Assembly (NCBI RefSeq): GCF_030684315.1
Contig: NC_081395.1
Span: forward strand, 6,183,858 to 6,247,857
DNA from: Stegostoma tigrinum
Lineage: Eukaryota
Length of the DNA stretch: 64,000 bases
Reading direction: 5' to 3'
The notes beneath the pieces are model-generated. The model did no database searches. It saw only the letters and a list, made by a program, of their open reading frames with translations, and was not told the DNA's origin. The first letter of the stretch is position 1; the number at the start of each line of letters is the position of its first letter. This document shows positions 13,575 to 25,789 of this stretch, one piece after another. A program made the position numbers and the translations under genes.

Positions 13575-14670
13575 AGGCTAAGATACTGAGGATTCCCCGG
13601 GAGGGAGTTACAGACCGGAATCTGACCGAGGGGTTTGGGGTAGTCTATATATAAAATAACAGATACCCCCCTGGGAGGGAGTTACAGACCGGAATCTGAT
13701 CGAGGGTGTTCAGGGTGGTTTATATACAGAATAACAGATACCCCCCCCGGGGAGGGAGTTACAGACTGGAATCTGATCGAGGGGGTTTATATACAGAATA
13801 ACAGATACCCCCCCCGGGGAGGGAGTTACAGACTGGAATCTGATCGAGGGGGTTTATATACAGAATAACAGATACCCCCCCCCCGGGGAGGGAGTTACAG
13901 ACTGGAATCTGATCGAGGGGGTTCGGGTGGGTTTATATACAGAATAACAGATACCCTCCGGGAGGGAGTTACAGACTGGAATCTGACCGAGGGGTTTGGG
14001 GTAGTCTATATATAAAATAACAGATACCCAGGAGGGAGTTACAGACTGGAATCTAATTGAGGGGTTCAGGGGGTTTTATATACAGAATAACAGATACCCC
14101 CCAGGGAGGGAGTTACAGACCGGAATCTGATCGAGGGTGTTCGGGGGGGTTTATATACAGAATAACAGATACCCCAGGAGGCAGTTACAGACTGGAATCT
14201 GACCGAGGTGCTCGGGTTACTTTATTTACAGAATAACAAATACCCCAGGAGGGAGTTACAGACTGGAATCTAATTGAGAGGTTCAGGGGGTTTTATATAC
14301 AGAATAACAGATAACCCCCGGGGAGGGAGTTACAGACTGGAATCTGACCGAGGGGGTTCATATACAGAATAACAGATACCCCCCGGGGAGGGAGTTACAG
14401 ACTGGAATCTAATCGAGGGGGTTCGGGGGGGTTTATATACAGAATAACAGATACCCCAGGAGGCAGTTACAGACTGGAATCTGACCGAGGTGCTCGGGTT
14501 ACTTTATTTACAGAATAACAAATACCCCAGGAGGGAGTTACAGACTGGAATCTAATTGAGAGGTTCAGGATGGTTTATATACAGAATAACAGATACCCTG
14601 GGAGGCAGTTACAGACTGGAATCTAATCGAAGGGGGTTTCAGGGTAGTTTATACATAGAATAACATAGCT
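13575..14670 (+). repeat. About 60-70 bp minisatellite (AGATACCCCGGGAGGGAGTTACAGACTGGAATCT...TTTATATACAGAATAAC), about 16-17 copies
   Basis: Direct tandem periodicity with variable C- and G-runs. Confidence 0.93.
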
Positions 14671-15249
14671 GGGTTCTAAGTTGTAAACTGAAATCTTAAT
14701 TGAGTGCTCCTAGGGTGTGAGGGTTATATATTTGTAAAACAGCAGCTTGTCAGCAGTCAGATAAAGCTGATCATTAAGTTGCAGCGAGATGCCAGGAACA
14801 TATTGTTCTGCTGTGTCAGGTGAGAGGTGCCTAACTCCTGTGTGGGGTTTGATGTGGTTGTAATCTGATTACCACATATTTAGCTGCGAGTTTGTGTGCA
14901 GACTGACTCACTTTAACTAACACTGGGCTCCATCGATACACACTGGTAATTACATCGAGCATCTGCTACAGCACAGGAGAAAACAACTTATCTCAATATT
15001 AGCTCCCAGAAACGTTGTCTCCCTTTCTCTGAAACAAACGAATTGCTTCCAACGTTCTCCCACGCCTTTGCTTGCGAGCGTGTGGCAGACAGAAACTTGT
15101 TTTGTTTTTCTGCAGACCCCTCAAAGTGGGGAAGTCAGATTTTCAGTGTCCCACCCCAGTTGGGTCACGGTACCATTCAGCTACAGGGGGCATCGCTGGT
15201 CTGGGATTTTCCTCAACCACAGGGCAGAGAGTGGACCCACAACACCATC

Positions 15250-15840
15250 CCCCCCACCCCAATCAATTCTTAGTGTCTCTTCACTCGTACAATCTCAGAA
15301 TCCAATTCCCACTTTCTCTCCATACCCCTCGATCCCTTAAGTTGTAAGGGCCACGTCCAGCTCCCTTTTGAATATACCTAACAAAATGGCCTCCAACAGC
15401 TTTCTGTGGAAGAGAATTCCACAGGTTCACGACTCTCTGTGAAGAAATTCCTCCTCATCTCAGTCTTAAGTGGTTTAGCCCTTATTCTTAGACCATGACC
15501 CCCTAGTTCTGGCCTTCCCCAACACTGGAAACAAAATCCTGAATCTCGTCTGTCCAGTCCCACCAGGATTTTATCTGTTTCTCTGAAATTGCACTCCCCC
15601 ACCCCCTCTATTCTCCTAAATTCCAGCAAATACAAGCCCAGTCAATCCAATCTTTGTTCAAATGTCAGTCTTGTCGTCCCAGGAATCAGCCTGGTGAATC
15701 TTTCCTGGACTCCGTCAAGAGCAAGAATGTCCATCCTCAGACTAGGAGACCAAAATTGAGCACAATACTCAAGGTGTGGCCTCACCGAGGCCCTGCATAA
15801 CTGCAACAAGACATCCTTACTCCTATACTCAAATCCTCAA
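15250..15840 (-). mobile_element. CR1 LINE ORF2 3' fragment
   Basis: ORF 15378..15635 includes GHGLRIRAKPLKTEMRRNFFT, typical of the CR1 C-terminus. Confidence 0.8.
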
Positions 15841-16129
15841 TTACTGAACTCAAATCCCACCACCTGCTGTGGTGGGTTTGAACCTGGGTCCCTAGCTGAG
15901 CTTCTGGATTAATAATCTAGTGAGAATACCTCCAGTCTGTCCCAAACTGAGACCAGGATTTGAACCACGACCTCTCGCATGCTAGTTGAATTCAAACCCC
16001 CTGGACCAATGAGGGAGTACAACCATTCATGTCCTTTTGGAAAGCGAAGTCTCTCACCTGGCCCACTTGTGACTCCAGTCCCACAACACTGTGGCTGACC
16101 CTCTGAAATGCCCTCGGGAGACCCTTTAT

Positions 16130-16470
16130 TCATTCACGGGATGAGGGCATCACTGGCCGGGCAGCATTTATTGCCCATCCCTAATTGCCCAGAGGGCAGT
16201 CAAGAGTCAACCGTATTGCTAAGGGTCTGGAGTCACATGTAGGCCAGACCAGGGAAGGATGGCAGTTTCCCTCCCTGAAGGGCATCAGTGAACCAGATGG
16301 GTTTTTCCCAATAATTGATTCACATTCATCTTTATATTCTTAATTCCAGGTAGTTACCGAATTCAAATTCCACCATCTGCCTTGGCAGGATTTGAACCTG
16401 GGTCCCCAGAACATTAGCTGGGTCTCTGGATTAACAGTCCAGCAATAATACCACTAGGCCCTCGCCTCCC
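16130..16470. mobile_element. Short interspersed repeat, unclassified family; related copies at about 19190-19420, 44200-44480 and 51920-52220
   Basis: The shared core GGGTCTGGAGTCACATGTAGGCCAGACC recurs in both orientations. Confidence 0.7.
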
Positions 16471-16479
16471 CTACTCAGT

Positions 16480-18280
16480 ACTGGGGAGTATCCGAGTTTG
16501 GGCACTCAGTACTGGGGTAACGTGCACAGGACCAAGGTGTGTAGTTGAGGGTTCTGCAGTGTATGCAATCCATACAGACTTCAGTAATGGTTTGACATGG
16601 CTCTGCCACATGAGAGAGGATAAGAAGCAAAGAGCCCATGGGATCCAGGGCAATTTAAACCTGAAATTAGCTCACTGACAGGAAGCAACTTTGTGATAGG
16701 AAGCCTGTGGTGAGCGGTATGTCACAGGGTTCAGTTTTGTGTTTCTTTTTGCGTTAATAATCTAGACATGAAAGCAGGAGGGTAAGTTCCCAGATGATGT
16801 GGAAATTGATGTTGTGATAAATAATGAGGAGGAAAGCTTCAGACGACAGCACAATACAGACCAGCTGTACAGTGGCCAGTGGAATTTAATCTTAAAACAG
16901 TGGAGGTGATGCATTTTGAAAGGGAGTTTACAATGAAGGGAAGGATCCTTGAAGAATGAGGAAGATCAGAGAGATCTCAGCACGCACTCTGTGCGTCTAT
17001 AGATTGTGAAAGGGAGCACACAGGTAGATGAGCAGCTGAGAAGGTTATTGGACACTAGTCTTTATTAGTCAAGGCAAGAAGTTATGATGAAAAGCTATAA
17101 GTAACGTTAGTTGGGCTACAGCTGGAGGACTGTGTGCAGTTCCAGTCTCCATACTATAGGAAGGATGTAACTGCACTGGAGGGAGTGCAGAGGAGATTCA
17201 CCAAGATGCTGCCAGGGATGGTGTGATTCAGCGATGAAGAGAGACTAAAGGGGCTGGGCTTAGGGCAGACAGGGACAGCTGATTGAGGGGTACAAACTTC
17301 TCAGGAGCAGTTCTCTCCCCCCCATAATAGAGGGATCAACAACCAGGGGGCACTGTGTTAAGAAAAAGAGTTGGGGGGTGGGGTGGAAAACGGATCTCAG
17401 GAAACATTTTCACTAGGGGTTGGAGAAGTTCTGGAACTCACTGCCTGAATGGGTTCCAGACGCAGAAACTCTCAAGAAATCGAAGATGGCTGAGGAGTGG
17501 CAGATGGAGTTTAATTTAGATAAATATGAGGTGTTGCATTTTGGAACAGCAAATCAGGGCATTTAATGTGAGGGGACGTGGGGAGTGTTACAAAACAAAG
17601 AGACCTTGGGGTGCAGGTTCATAGTTCCCTCAAAGTTGAGTCGCAGGTAGACAGAATAGTGAAGAAGTCATACACTTGCCTTTATTGGTCAGTGCATTGA
17701 GTGTTGGAGTTTGGATATCGTTGCGGCCGTACAGGACATTGGCGAGGCCACTTTTGGAATACTGTGTTCAGTTCTGGTCTCCCTGCTGTAGGAAGGATGT
17801 TGTTCAACTTGAGAGGGTTCATAAGAGATTTACAAGCATGTTGCCAATGTTGGAGGGTTTGAGCTACAGGGAGGGGCTGAATAGGGCTGGGGCTATTTTC
17901 CCTGGGGGCGGAGGGGCAACTTTATGGAGGCTTATAAATCATGAGGAACATGAATAGACAATTCATTTTACCCAGGTTAGCAGGGAGTCCAAAAAATATA
18001 GGGGCATAAGTTTAAGGTGAGAGGGGAAAGATTTAAAAGGGACCTGAGGGGTAACGTTTTCACACAGAGGGTGGTGCGTGTATGGAATGAGCTGCCAGAG
18101 GAAGTGGTGGGGGCTGGTACAGTTACAGCATTTAAAAGGCATTTGGATGGGGACATGGATAGGAAGGGTTTAGAGGGATATGGGCCAAATGCTGGCAAAT
18201 GGGACTGGACTAATTTAGAACATCGCGTCAGTATGGATGAGTTGGACCGAAGAGTCTGTTTCCATGCTGTACAGCTCTAC
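16480..18280 (+). mobile_element. Cluster of decayed CR1 LINE ORF2 fragments
   Basis: Contains RPLLEYCVQFWSP..QLERVHKRFTSML and GNVFTQRVVRVWNELPEEVV. Confidence 0.85.
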
Positions 18281-18689
18281 AATGTAAGCGTTGGCCTGAA
18301 GACTGTCAGAATTCGGATGAACTCAGTGTACAAGGGTAGGGGCGAAATGCTCGGAAATGGGGTTAGAATGGATAGATATTTGATGACCAGCACAGATGTG
18401 ATGGGCTGAAGGGCCTGTCGCCATGCTGTAAAAACTCGATGACTAACCACATAAGAGGGGAGGTTGGCCCCAACCTCTCAGCAGGTTTGGACATGAACCT
18501 CAGGCATGAAGACCTGAAGCACATTTTCCCCATGCCCACAACATCAGATGGCACTGAAGCAAACGTGCTGATGGGTGGGACATGAAATATAAAAGCAGGG
18601 CTGTTTTGTACAGCTGGCACAGGGAGAGGGTGAGGCCTCACCTAGAGTACTGTGTGCTTCTTGGAGAAGCACTAATAAATAGTCATAGA

Positions 18690-19190
18690 GTCATATAGCA
18701 CAGAAACAGACCCTTCGGCCCAACCAGTCCATGCTGAACGTAATCCCAAATTAAACTAGTCCCACCTGCCTGCTCCTGGCCCATATCCCTCCAAACCTTT
18801 CCCTTTCACGTCCTTATCCAAATGTCTTTTAAATGCTGTAGCTGTACCTCCATCCACAACTTCCTCCGGAAGCTCATTCCACACACGATCTACCCGCTGT
18901 ATAAAAAAATTGCTCCTTCATGCCTTTTAAAAATCTCATTTTAAAAATGTGGCACCAGAAAAGACAACTAACATTAATTCTATCTGTGCCCCTCATGATT
19001 TTATAAACTTCGATCAGGTCACCCCTTGACCTCCAACATTCCAGTGACACAAGTCCCAGCTGAGTTTTTTTTAAAAATATAACTCAAACCTTCCATTCCC
19101 GGTAAATCTCGTCTGCACTTTCTCCTGCTTGCTAAATTCCTGCTGAAAACAGGTGTCCAGAACTGGGCACAGTATTTCAGAAGAGGCTGC
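18690..19190 (-). mobile_element. CR1 LINE 3' fragment
   Basis: Similar to the copies at 57700-58190 and 46655-47560. Confidence 0.75.
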
Positions 19191-19689
19191 AGGTTTGGAG
19201 TTACATGTAGGCCAGGCCACCTAAGAATTGCAGTTTCTTCCCCTTCAGTGAACAGCTTTTCCCAACAATCTGTTTGTACACATCATTAGACTCTTAATTC
19301 CTGACTTTTTTTTTGACTGAATTCAAATTCCATCATCTGCCCTGGTGGGATTTGAACTCAGGACCCTGCAACATTACCTGGATTAAGATTCCAATGATAA
19401 CACCACTCAACTATCGCCTCACCATGGATTTGAGATGGAGATGAAGAGAGTGAGGGTCCTGAGTCACTGGGGATTCTCCTCCCTCAGTGGCCTAGTGCCA
19501 ACCATCCAGCCATAGCATGCAAGGGGGGCTGGTGCAGGGTTCCCGCTCCTGACCACTACAGAGAAACCAGTCTTCCAAATGCCGTCAATGACTGATAGCT
19601 CACAGAGGTCCACAAATCAAACCCATGCACTCATCTGAAACCCCTTGTTGTCCCAGTTGGGAACATGCTGGGAATCCTGCAGCGAGGAA

Positions 19690-20235
19690 CTCCCCTCCTG
19701 ACTCCTCCTTCTACAAGGCACAAGTCAGGAGTGAGATGGAATACCCCCTCCAACTTGCCCCTGGAAGGGGACAGCCCCGACAACACTCAAGAAACTCAAC
19801 AACACCATCCAGGACAAAGCTGCACCCCGCCCCCGCTCGATTGGCACCACATCCACAAACATCCCACTCCCCCTCCACCCACCGACGCTCAGTCGCAGCA
19901 GTGTGTACCATCTACAAGACGCTCTGCAGAAACTCACCAAAGATCCTCAGGCAGCACGTTCCGAACCCACCAACCACTTCCATCCCGAAGGACAAGGGGC
20001 AGCAGGTACATGGGAACATCACCCCCTGCACATTCCCCTCCGAGGCCCCTCACCATCCCGACTTGGGAAATAGATCGCCGTTCCTTCGCTGGGTCAAAAT
20101 CTTGCAATTCCCTCCCTAAGGGGCACCACGTGAAGGTTGCTACATCTCAACGATTTGAATGCTTCACAAAGTCAGTTCACCACTACCATCTCAAGGGGCA
20201 ATTAGGGGCAGGCAATAAATACTGGTTGCCCACAC
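19690..20235 (+). mobile_element. 3' end of a second CR1-group LINE family; minus-strand relatives at about 1430-1790, 3510-3990, 21710-22060 and 38030-38450
   Basis: The motifs YKAQVRSEMEY and HRRSVAAVCTIYK match an RT C-terminal region. Confidence 0.7.
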
Positions 20236-22329
20236 CCTATAAGCAAATAAATAACTGTACAAACTAATTACAGCTAACTCCCTGGTGGCTGCAAATTCCA
20301 GCAGCTGCTGACTGTGAACTGCTTTGCACGGCAAACACACAGCCTGCGCAGCTCCATGAAAGGTTTGAGGAGCAGAGAGAGACGCAGCCGCTCAGTGCGA
20401 CGCACTTATCACTGTGATCAGCCCATCGCCGACACACCGAGCCCTTCGCCCTCACTCTGCGGTAGCCCGAGTCTCTCGATGGGTTCGTAAGCGTGACAGA
20501 CTGTACCCAGCAACATCTTTCAAAGAAATCTCCCAAGTGCAGCCACCCGCCTCCCAACTCAGTTTGAGTCCCCCAGTTCCATCCCTCGTCCTGTGCTCAG
20601 CTTCGGACACCAATTCCTGGCCCCTCAGTTCCTGAGGTTTCAATTTATCCATAATCTCACCCCTCCATACCTCTGTCACCCCCTACGCCCCCTCCCTATC
20701 TCCGTTACCCCTTCCAGCCCCCTACACCTTTGGAAATTTGAATGTCATTAAGAGATTTCTTGCCCAGTGAAGTGGTTCAGGCCAGACATGAGGTCGAGAT
20801 AATGTGTACAGCTGAAAGGATCATAGGGAAAGCGGCAAGAGTTAGACGGTACAGCAGCCTCAAAGGGGCCGAATGGTCACCTACTCCTATATGGCTGCAG
20901 CAGATCAAAGCCTCCCCTTACCCCCGCCCCCCTGCCCCACAAACTCTGCTCCCTATTCAGACATTCCCAGGAGGGGGGTGGCATTAGGCTGGGGAGGAGA
21001 CAGAGAGAGTTGGGGGGGGGGGGGAGCGGTGGTGGGGAAGATGAGTGGGAGTGGGGGGCATCTTCACCCACCCTCCCTGGTGCCCAGACACGGGCACCTT
21101 TTCAGGAGAGACTCACAATCGAGCTGCAGCTTGCTGCTGTGTAGTGAGGACAGACCTGGCTCCATCCCAGGCTCTCCGCTAATGTGTGTTTACATTCTGT
21201 GGTAGCTCGCAAGCTGGGAGCCTGCGAGCATAGTCAACATGGTGGGAGATAACAGCAGACAGGCAGACAATTAAGGGATTAACATCTATCAAGGCCCATT
21301 GGGTGTGTAGCTCAGCAACCCTATATTTAAATTAAATTAAAAATTCGACCTTTCCACGCACCCCCCTTCCCTACTCCCTGTACAAAGGCAGCGTGTGGAA
21401 TTTGCAGAGAGAGTGAAACCGCAACTTCTGTACACACTTCAGTCGGGCATTCAATGCCCCCTGGGCACGGCTGTTGAGATTTAATCGTTTCTTTTTTCGC
21501 TCGTGGAGGTTGGGGGCTGCTGGGGCACTTGAATTCCCCTGCACCCACCACCCAAGTGGGAGTGGGTCCCTGTCTCATGGGATGGGGCGTGGCGGTGTGT
21601 GCGAGGTGGTCACCTTCCCCAAATATCCCCACTGGATTTATTCGGGACTGTCCTGTGTCCCCTCCCTGTCCCCCATAGAGGGACACTCTGCAATTTTTAA
21701 AAGAATATTCATTTGGAGAACACATGCATCGCTGGCAGGGCCCAGCATTTATTGCCCCCCCCACCCCGTGGTGTGAGTTGTCTCCCCGAGTCACCAGTCC
21801 TCGGGGTGCAAGGAGCATCCACAAGGCCCTTATGGAAGGCGTTCCAGGATTTTGACCCAGCGACGCAGACGGCAGAGCTGATGAGAGCCGGAGCAGGTCA
21901 GGGTTGGTGAGGGGCTCGGAGGGGAACTCTCAGGCGGAGTGCTGTTCCCATTGTATCGGCTGCCCCCTTGTCCTTCGAGATGGTACAGGTCATGCGGCGG
22001 GGAGGTGCTTTCTGACGATCCTCAAGTGAGTTGCTGCAGCATGTGGTACACACTGCTGTGACTGCGCAAAGCCAGATAAGTATTGACCGGGCAGCCCCGC
22101 CAGTTTCACCAGCTTGCCCAGCGTTGGATGTGGAAGGAATGCAGAGGCGAGATCCGGGCAGTGGGAATCACACAGCATGCTGTATTGCTGGTCCTTTCCA
22201 CTTGTTGACAAGTAGTTCTGTCCTGACCCTTCAACAGGTCGATACCTCACTTGTAGGTGTGTCTGGTGCTGCGGCTTGGCATGTCCTCCTGCACCCTCCA
22301 TTCAATTATGGTTGATCCCCTGCCTTGGT

Positions 22330-23250
22330 AGAGGGAGGCTGCGGTAGAAGTGGTGACGGTAGAGGGAGGCGGTGGCGATGGTAGAGGGAGGCTGCGGTAG
22401 ATACGGTGACGGTAGATGGGGGCTGCAGTGATGGTAGAGGGAGGCTGCGGTAGATACGGTGATGGTAGAGGGAGGCTGTGGTAGATACGGTGACGGTAAA
22501 GGGGGGCGGTGCTGATGGTAGAGGGAGGCTGCGGTAGATACGGTGATGGTAGAGGGAGGCTGTGGTAGATACGGTGACAGTAAAGGGGGGCGGTGCTGAT
22601 GGTAGAGGGAGGCTGCGGTAGATACGGTGATGGTAGAGGGAGGCTGCAGTGATGGTAGAGGAGGGCGGTGCTGATGGTAGAGGCGGGCTGCGGTAGATAC
22701 GGTGACGGTAGAGGGAGGCTGCGGTGATGGTAGAGGAGGGCGGTGCTGATGGTAGAGGGGGGCTACGGTAGATACAGCGATGGTAGAGGAAGGCGGTGCT
22801 GATGGTAGAGGGGGGCTGCGGTAGATACGGTGACGGTAGAGAGAGGCTGCGGTGATGGTAGAGGAGGGCGGTGCTGATGGTAGAGGGGGGCTAGGGTAGA
22901 TACGGTGATGGTAGAGGGGGCGGTGCTGATGGTAGAGGGGGGCTGTGGTAGATACGGTGATGGTAGAGGGGGCGGTGCTGATGGTAGAGGGAGGCTGTGG
23001 TAGATACAGTGATGGTAGAGGAGGGCGGTGCTGATGGTAGAGGGGGGCTGTGGTAGATATGGTGACGGTAGAGGGAGGCTGTGGTAGATACGGTGATGGT
23101 AGAGGGAGGCGGTGCTGATGGTAGAGGGGGGCTGTGGTAGATACGGTGATGGTAGAGGGGGCGGTGCTGATGGTAGAGGGGGGCTGCGGTAGATACAGTG
23201 ATGGTAGAGGGGGCGGTGCTGATGGTAGAGGGGGGCTGCGGTAGATACAG
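22330..23250 (+). repeat. Composite minisatellite (GATGGTAGAGGGRGGCTGYGGTAGATACGGT / GCGGTGCT units)
   Basis: Interleaved units of about 20-31 bp sharing GATGGTAGAG. Confidence 0.9.
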
Positions 23251-23639
23251 TATACAATTCTGCTCCCCTCCCAGGAGATTTAAGGTCTTCTGCTGGGGAC
23301 TGAGAATACATCTAAAAATCAGAGTCTCATCACACTCACTTTACTGATGAGTCATGGGATCTTGCTGTGCACAGCCGCAAGTGCTAACTGCCCATTCAGC
23401 CTCCCTCCTCAGGCCTGTTGCACAGGAACAGGGGGCGGCCATTCAGCCCATCCCTCCTCCTCCAGTCTGCCCACTGTTCGATTCGATCACAGCTAACCTA
23501 TGTGTCAACCCCATCTCCCATTGGACCTGGACACCCTTAATCCAGCAAACATCTATCCATTCCAAGTTTTATTCTGGGACGGGGGAGAACAGAGTTCGAC
23601 ACTTCCACTGTGCCTTCTGTGCAGGAAAGTGCTCAGCGA

Positions 23640-23800
23640 TAGTAGGAACTGCAGATGCTGGAGAATCCGAGATAACAAGGTGTGGAGCTGGATGGACACA
23701 GCAGGCCAAGCAGCATCAGAGGAGCAGGAAAGCTGACGTTTCGGGCCGAGACCCTACAACTGAAACATCAGCTCCTAAGATGCTGCTCAGCCTGCTGTGC
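23640..23800. mobile_element. Penelope terminal fragment with inverted arms; similar fragments at 1-108, 32820-32945, 33130-33200 and 56205-56360
   Basis: Same sequence as the 3' terminus of the Penelope element at 33625-33750. Confidence 0.75.
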
Positions 23801-24589
23801 AAGAAAGTGCTTCCTGGATCACTCTGTATTGGTCTGGCTCGAATTTAGGGAATAATATTGATTGACATTATTGGTCATCTCATCTTGAACCCCTCGATCA
23901 GATTTCCCCTCATCTCCAACACTCACAGGGATATGAGCCCGGTGCCCTCCAGAGACACAGGGCAATCTGAGCTGGGCTCCCGGGTGGAAAAGGAGCTGAT
24001 CAACCTAAAGAGGTGGCACGCCAGGGATTTATTCTCCTAGAGATAAAAGCTGCAGCAGTTCCAGGCACGCACTCCAAAAGCCTTGCCCTGTGAGTATCTG
24101 CTACTGGAATTAACATCAACAAAAAACCAAAGTACTTTGATCTGTGATGAGGAGTTGGCAGAGCACGATCCCACATTAAGGGGATTGGTTTGTTAAATTT
24201 TCAATCGGCAGTGCTTTGGGACATACCCAAAGTACAGGTGAGATTTTCAATTAACCCTTTCCCCTCACCTCAATGACAGCACAGGACTCCCTCAACACTG
24301 CCTAGATATGCAGCTGAGAATAGATCTTAAACTCTCTGTCTCTAAACTCTCTGAGACGTGCAAGCTCCATGGTTCAGGGCTGGTGGCTCTCTCGGGTCTG
24401 TCTCAGGCAGCCAGCAACCAGGAGGAGGCCAGTCACTTCCCCTTCCCTTCAATAAGACCACCTCTTCCCTAGCCCCATCCCAGTCCAAACCCTTCCACGT
24501 TCACAACAGGGGTAGGAAGGCAAGTTGTCGAGGTCGTCTTGAGGAAGATCTAACCCTAATCATCAATTCCCAGAAACGTTCCCATCAGA

Positions 24590-24895
24590 TCCCAGATTCC
24601 ACCATGATTCCAACTCCTGGACAAATACCAAACCGATCTCAAAACACAGAATGATCCCGAATCCCAAATTGATCCCAAATCTCAAACAAAAGGCCCAACA
24701 TCCCAGAATGATTCCAAGTTCCAGTCAAATCCCTGATTGACCCCGAATCCCAAATTGCTCCCAACATCCCAGAATGATCCCAAGCTGCAGTCAAATCCCA
24801 GATCGACCCCGAATCCCAGAGAGATTCCAAGTTGCATTCCAAGCCAGATTCATCTCGAATCCCAAAATGGTCGCAGATCCCAGAGTGATCCCATT
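24590..24895. repeat. Imperfect ATCCCAGA/ATGATCCC repeat at the start of Dact4 intron 1
   Basis: Degenerate short-period repeat that translates as WDHSG-like repeats. Confidence 0.6.
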
Positions 24896-24905
24896 CCTCC
24901 TTTAC

Positions 24906-25187
24906 CTGCTCGGCGCGACCTGTTGCTCCAGCCGGATGTTGCAGTCCCTCTGGGGTTTCGATCCCGGCTCCCCCGCTTGTTGCCTCCTCTCCCACGTCTT
25001 CTTCGTCCTCTATCTCCTCCTCCTCCTCCTCCTCCCGTCCCTTCAGCAACCTCTGGACGGTCTCCCGGTGCCTCTCCCGGAGAAGCCGCAGCTCCTGCAG
25101 ACCGGCCAGGCTGGCTTCCAGCCTCTCCCCGATCCGGCGGCGATCCAGCCCGGGGCTGGGGGCACTCGCTGCCGCTTTGCGAGCCAT
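24906..25187 (-). CDS. DACT4: Dact4 exon 1 (CDS part)
   Basis: ATG at 25187. MARKAAASAPSPGLDRRRIGERLEASLAGLQELRLLRERHRETV is the Dact N-terminal motif, followed by a poly-Glu tract. Donor CAG|gtaaag, phase 0. The four exons total 2106 nt (701 aa). Confidence 0.88.
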
Positions 25188-25376
25188 TTGTTGGACTATT
25201 TCGGGCCCCCGATCCAGGGTACACTCCCACTTCTCCTTAAACAGGCTCGATTCCACCCCGTCTCCCTCTCCCGGGAAAAGTAACAACGGCACCGGGATAC
25301 AATGTAACGCGGCTGAAAATGTATCCAAATCAGTTTCACTGGGTGAAATGGACACAATGTAACAGACAAACTGCCC

Positions 25377-25450
25377 CTGATTGGCTCCGCCAGTCCCATG
25401 GCCCAAGCGGTGGGCGGGGCCTCACCCCAGTTCCCGATCTCTGATTGGCT
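25377..25450 (-). promoter_or_regulatory. Dact4 proximal promoter: two NF-Y CCAAT boxes flanking an Sp1 GC box
   Basis: CTGATTGGCT at 25377-25386 and 25441-25450, and TGGGCGGGGC at 25411-25420, about 200-260 bp upstream of the ATG. Confidence 0.65.
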
Positions 25451-25789
25451 GAGGTTGTCACATGACACCCCCACCCGCCCTGGTCCCTGATCGGTGCAAC
25501 ACACTGAGAAGGGACTTTCCCTGCTCGGGACACCATTGAGCGTCTCCCGTCTCCAGTTTGACAGAAAAAATGTTTTTAAACACGCATCAGGCGTGAAGTC
25601 AGTTGTTTGAAGTGAGTTGAAAACTTAAACTGCCTCACCCCCTCCCCCGTTTAGGGAAGATGAGAAATCGTGGATGCCTTGCAGTGTGGATCAAAGGATT
25701 TTCCATCTCATGCTCTTCAAAAATCATTTGTAAAAATTGCCTGCTCCAGATGCTTGTATAGTTGTGTCTGTGAATGTGTTTAGATCTGG

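Noticed and set aside
22763-23311. Extensin-like 182-aa ORF
   Set aside because: Translation of a minisatellite.
25188-25406. Upstream in-frame ATG at 25406 as the Dact4 start
   Set aside because: It lies among the promoter boxes, and the extension has no Dact similarity.
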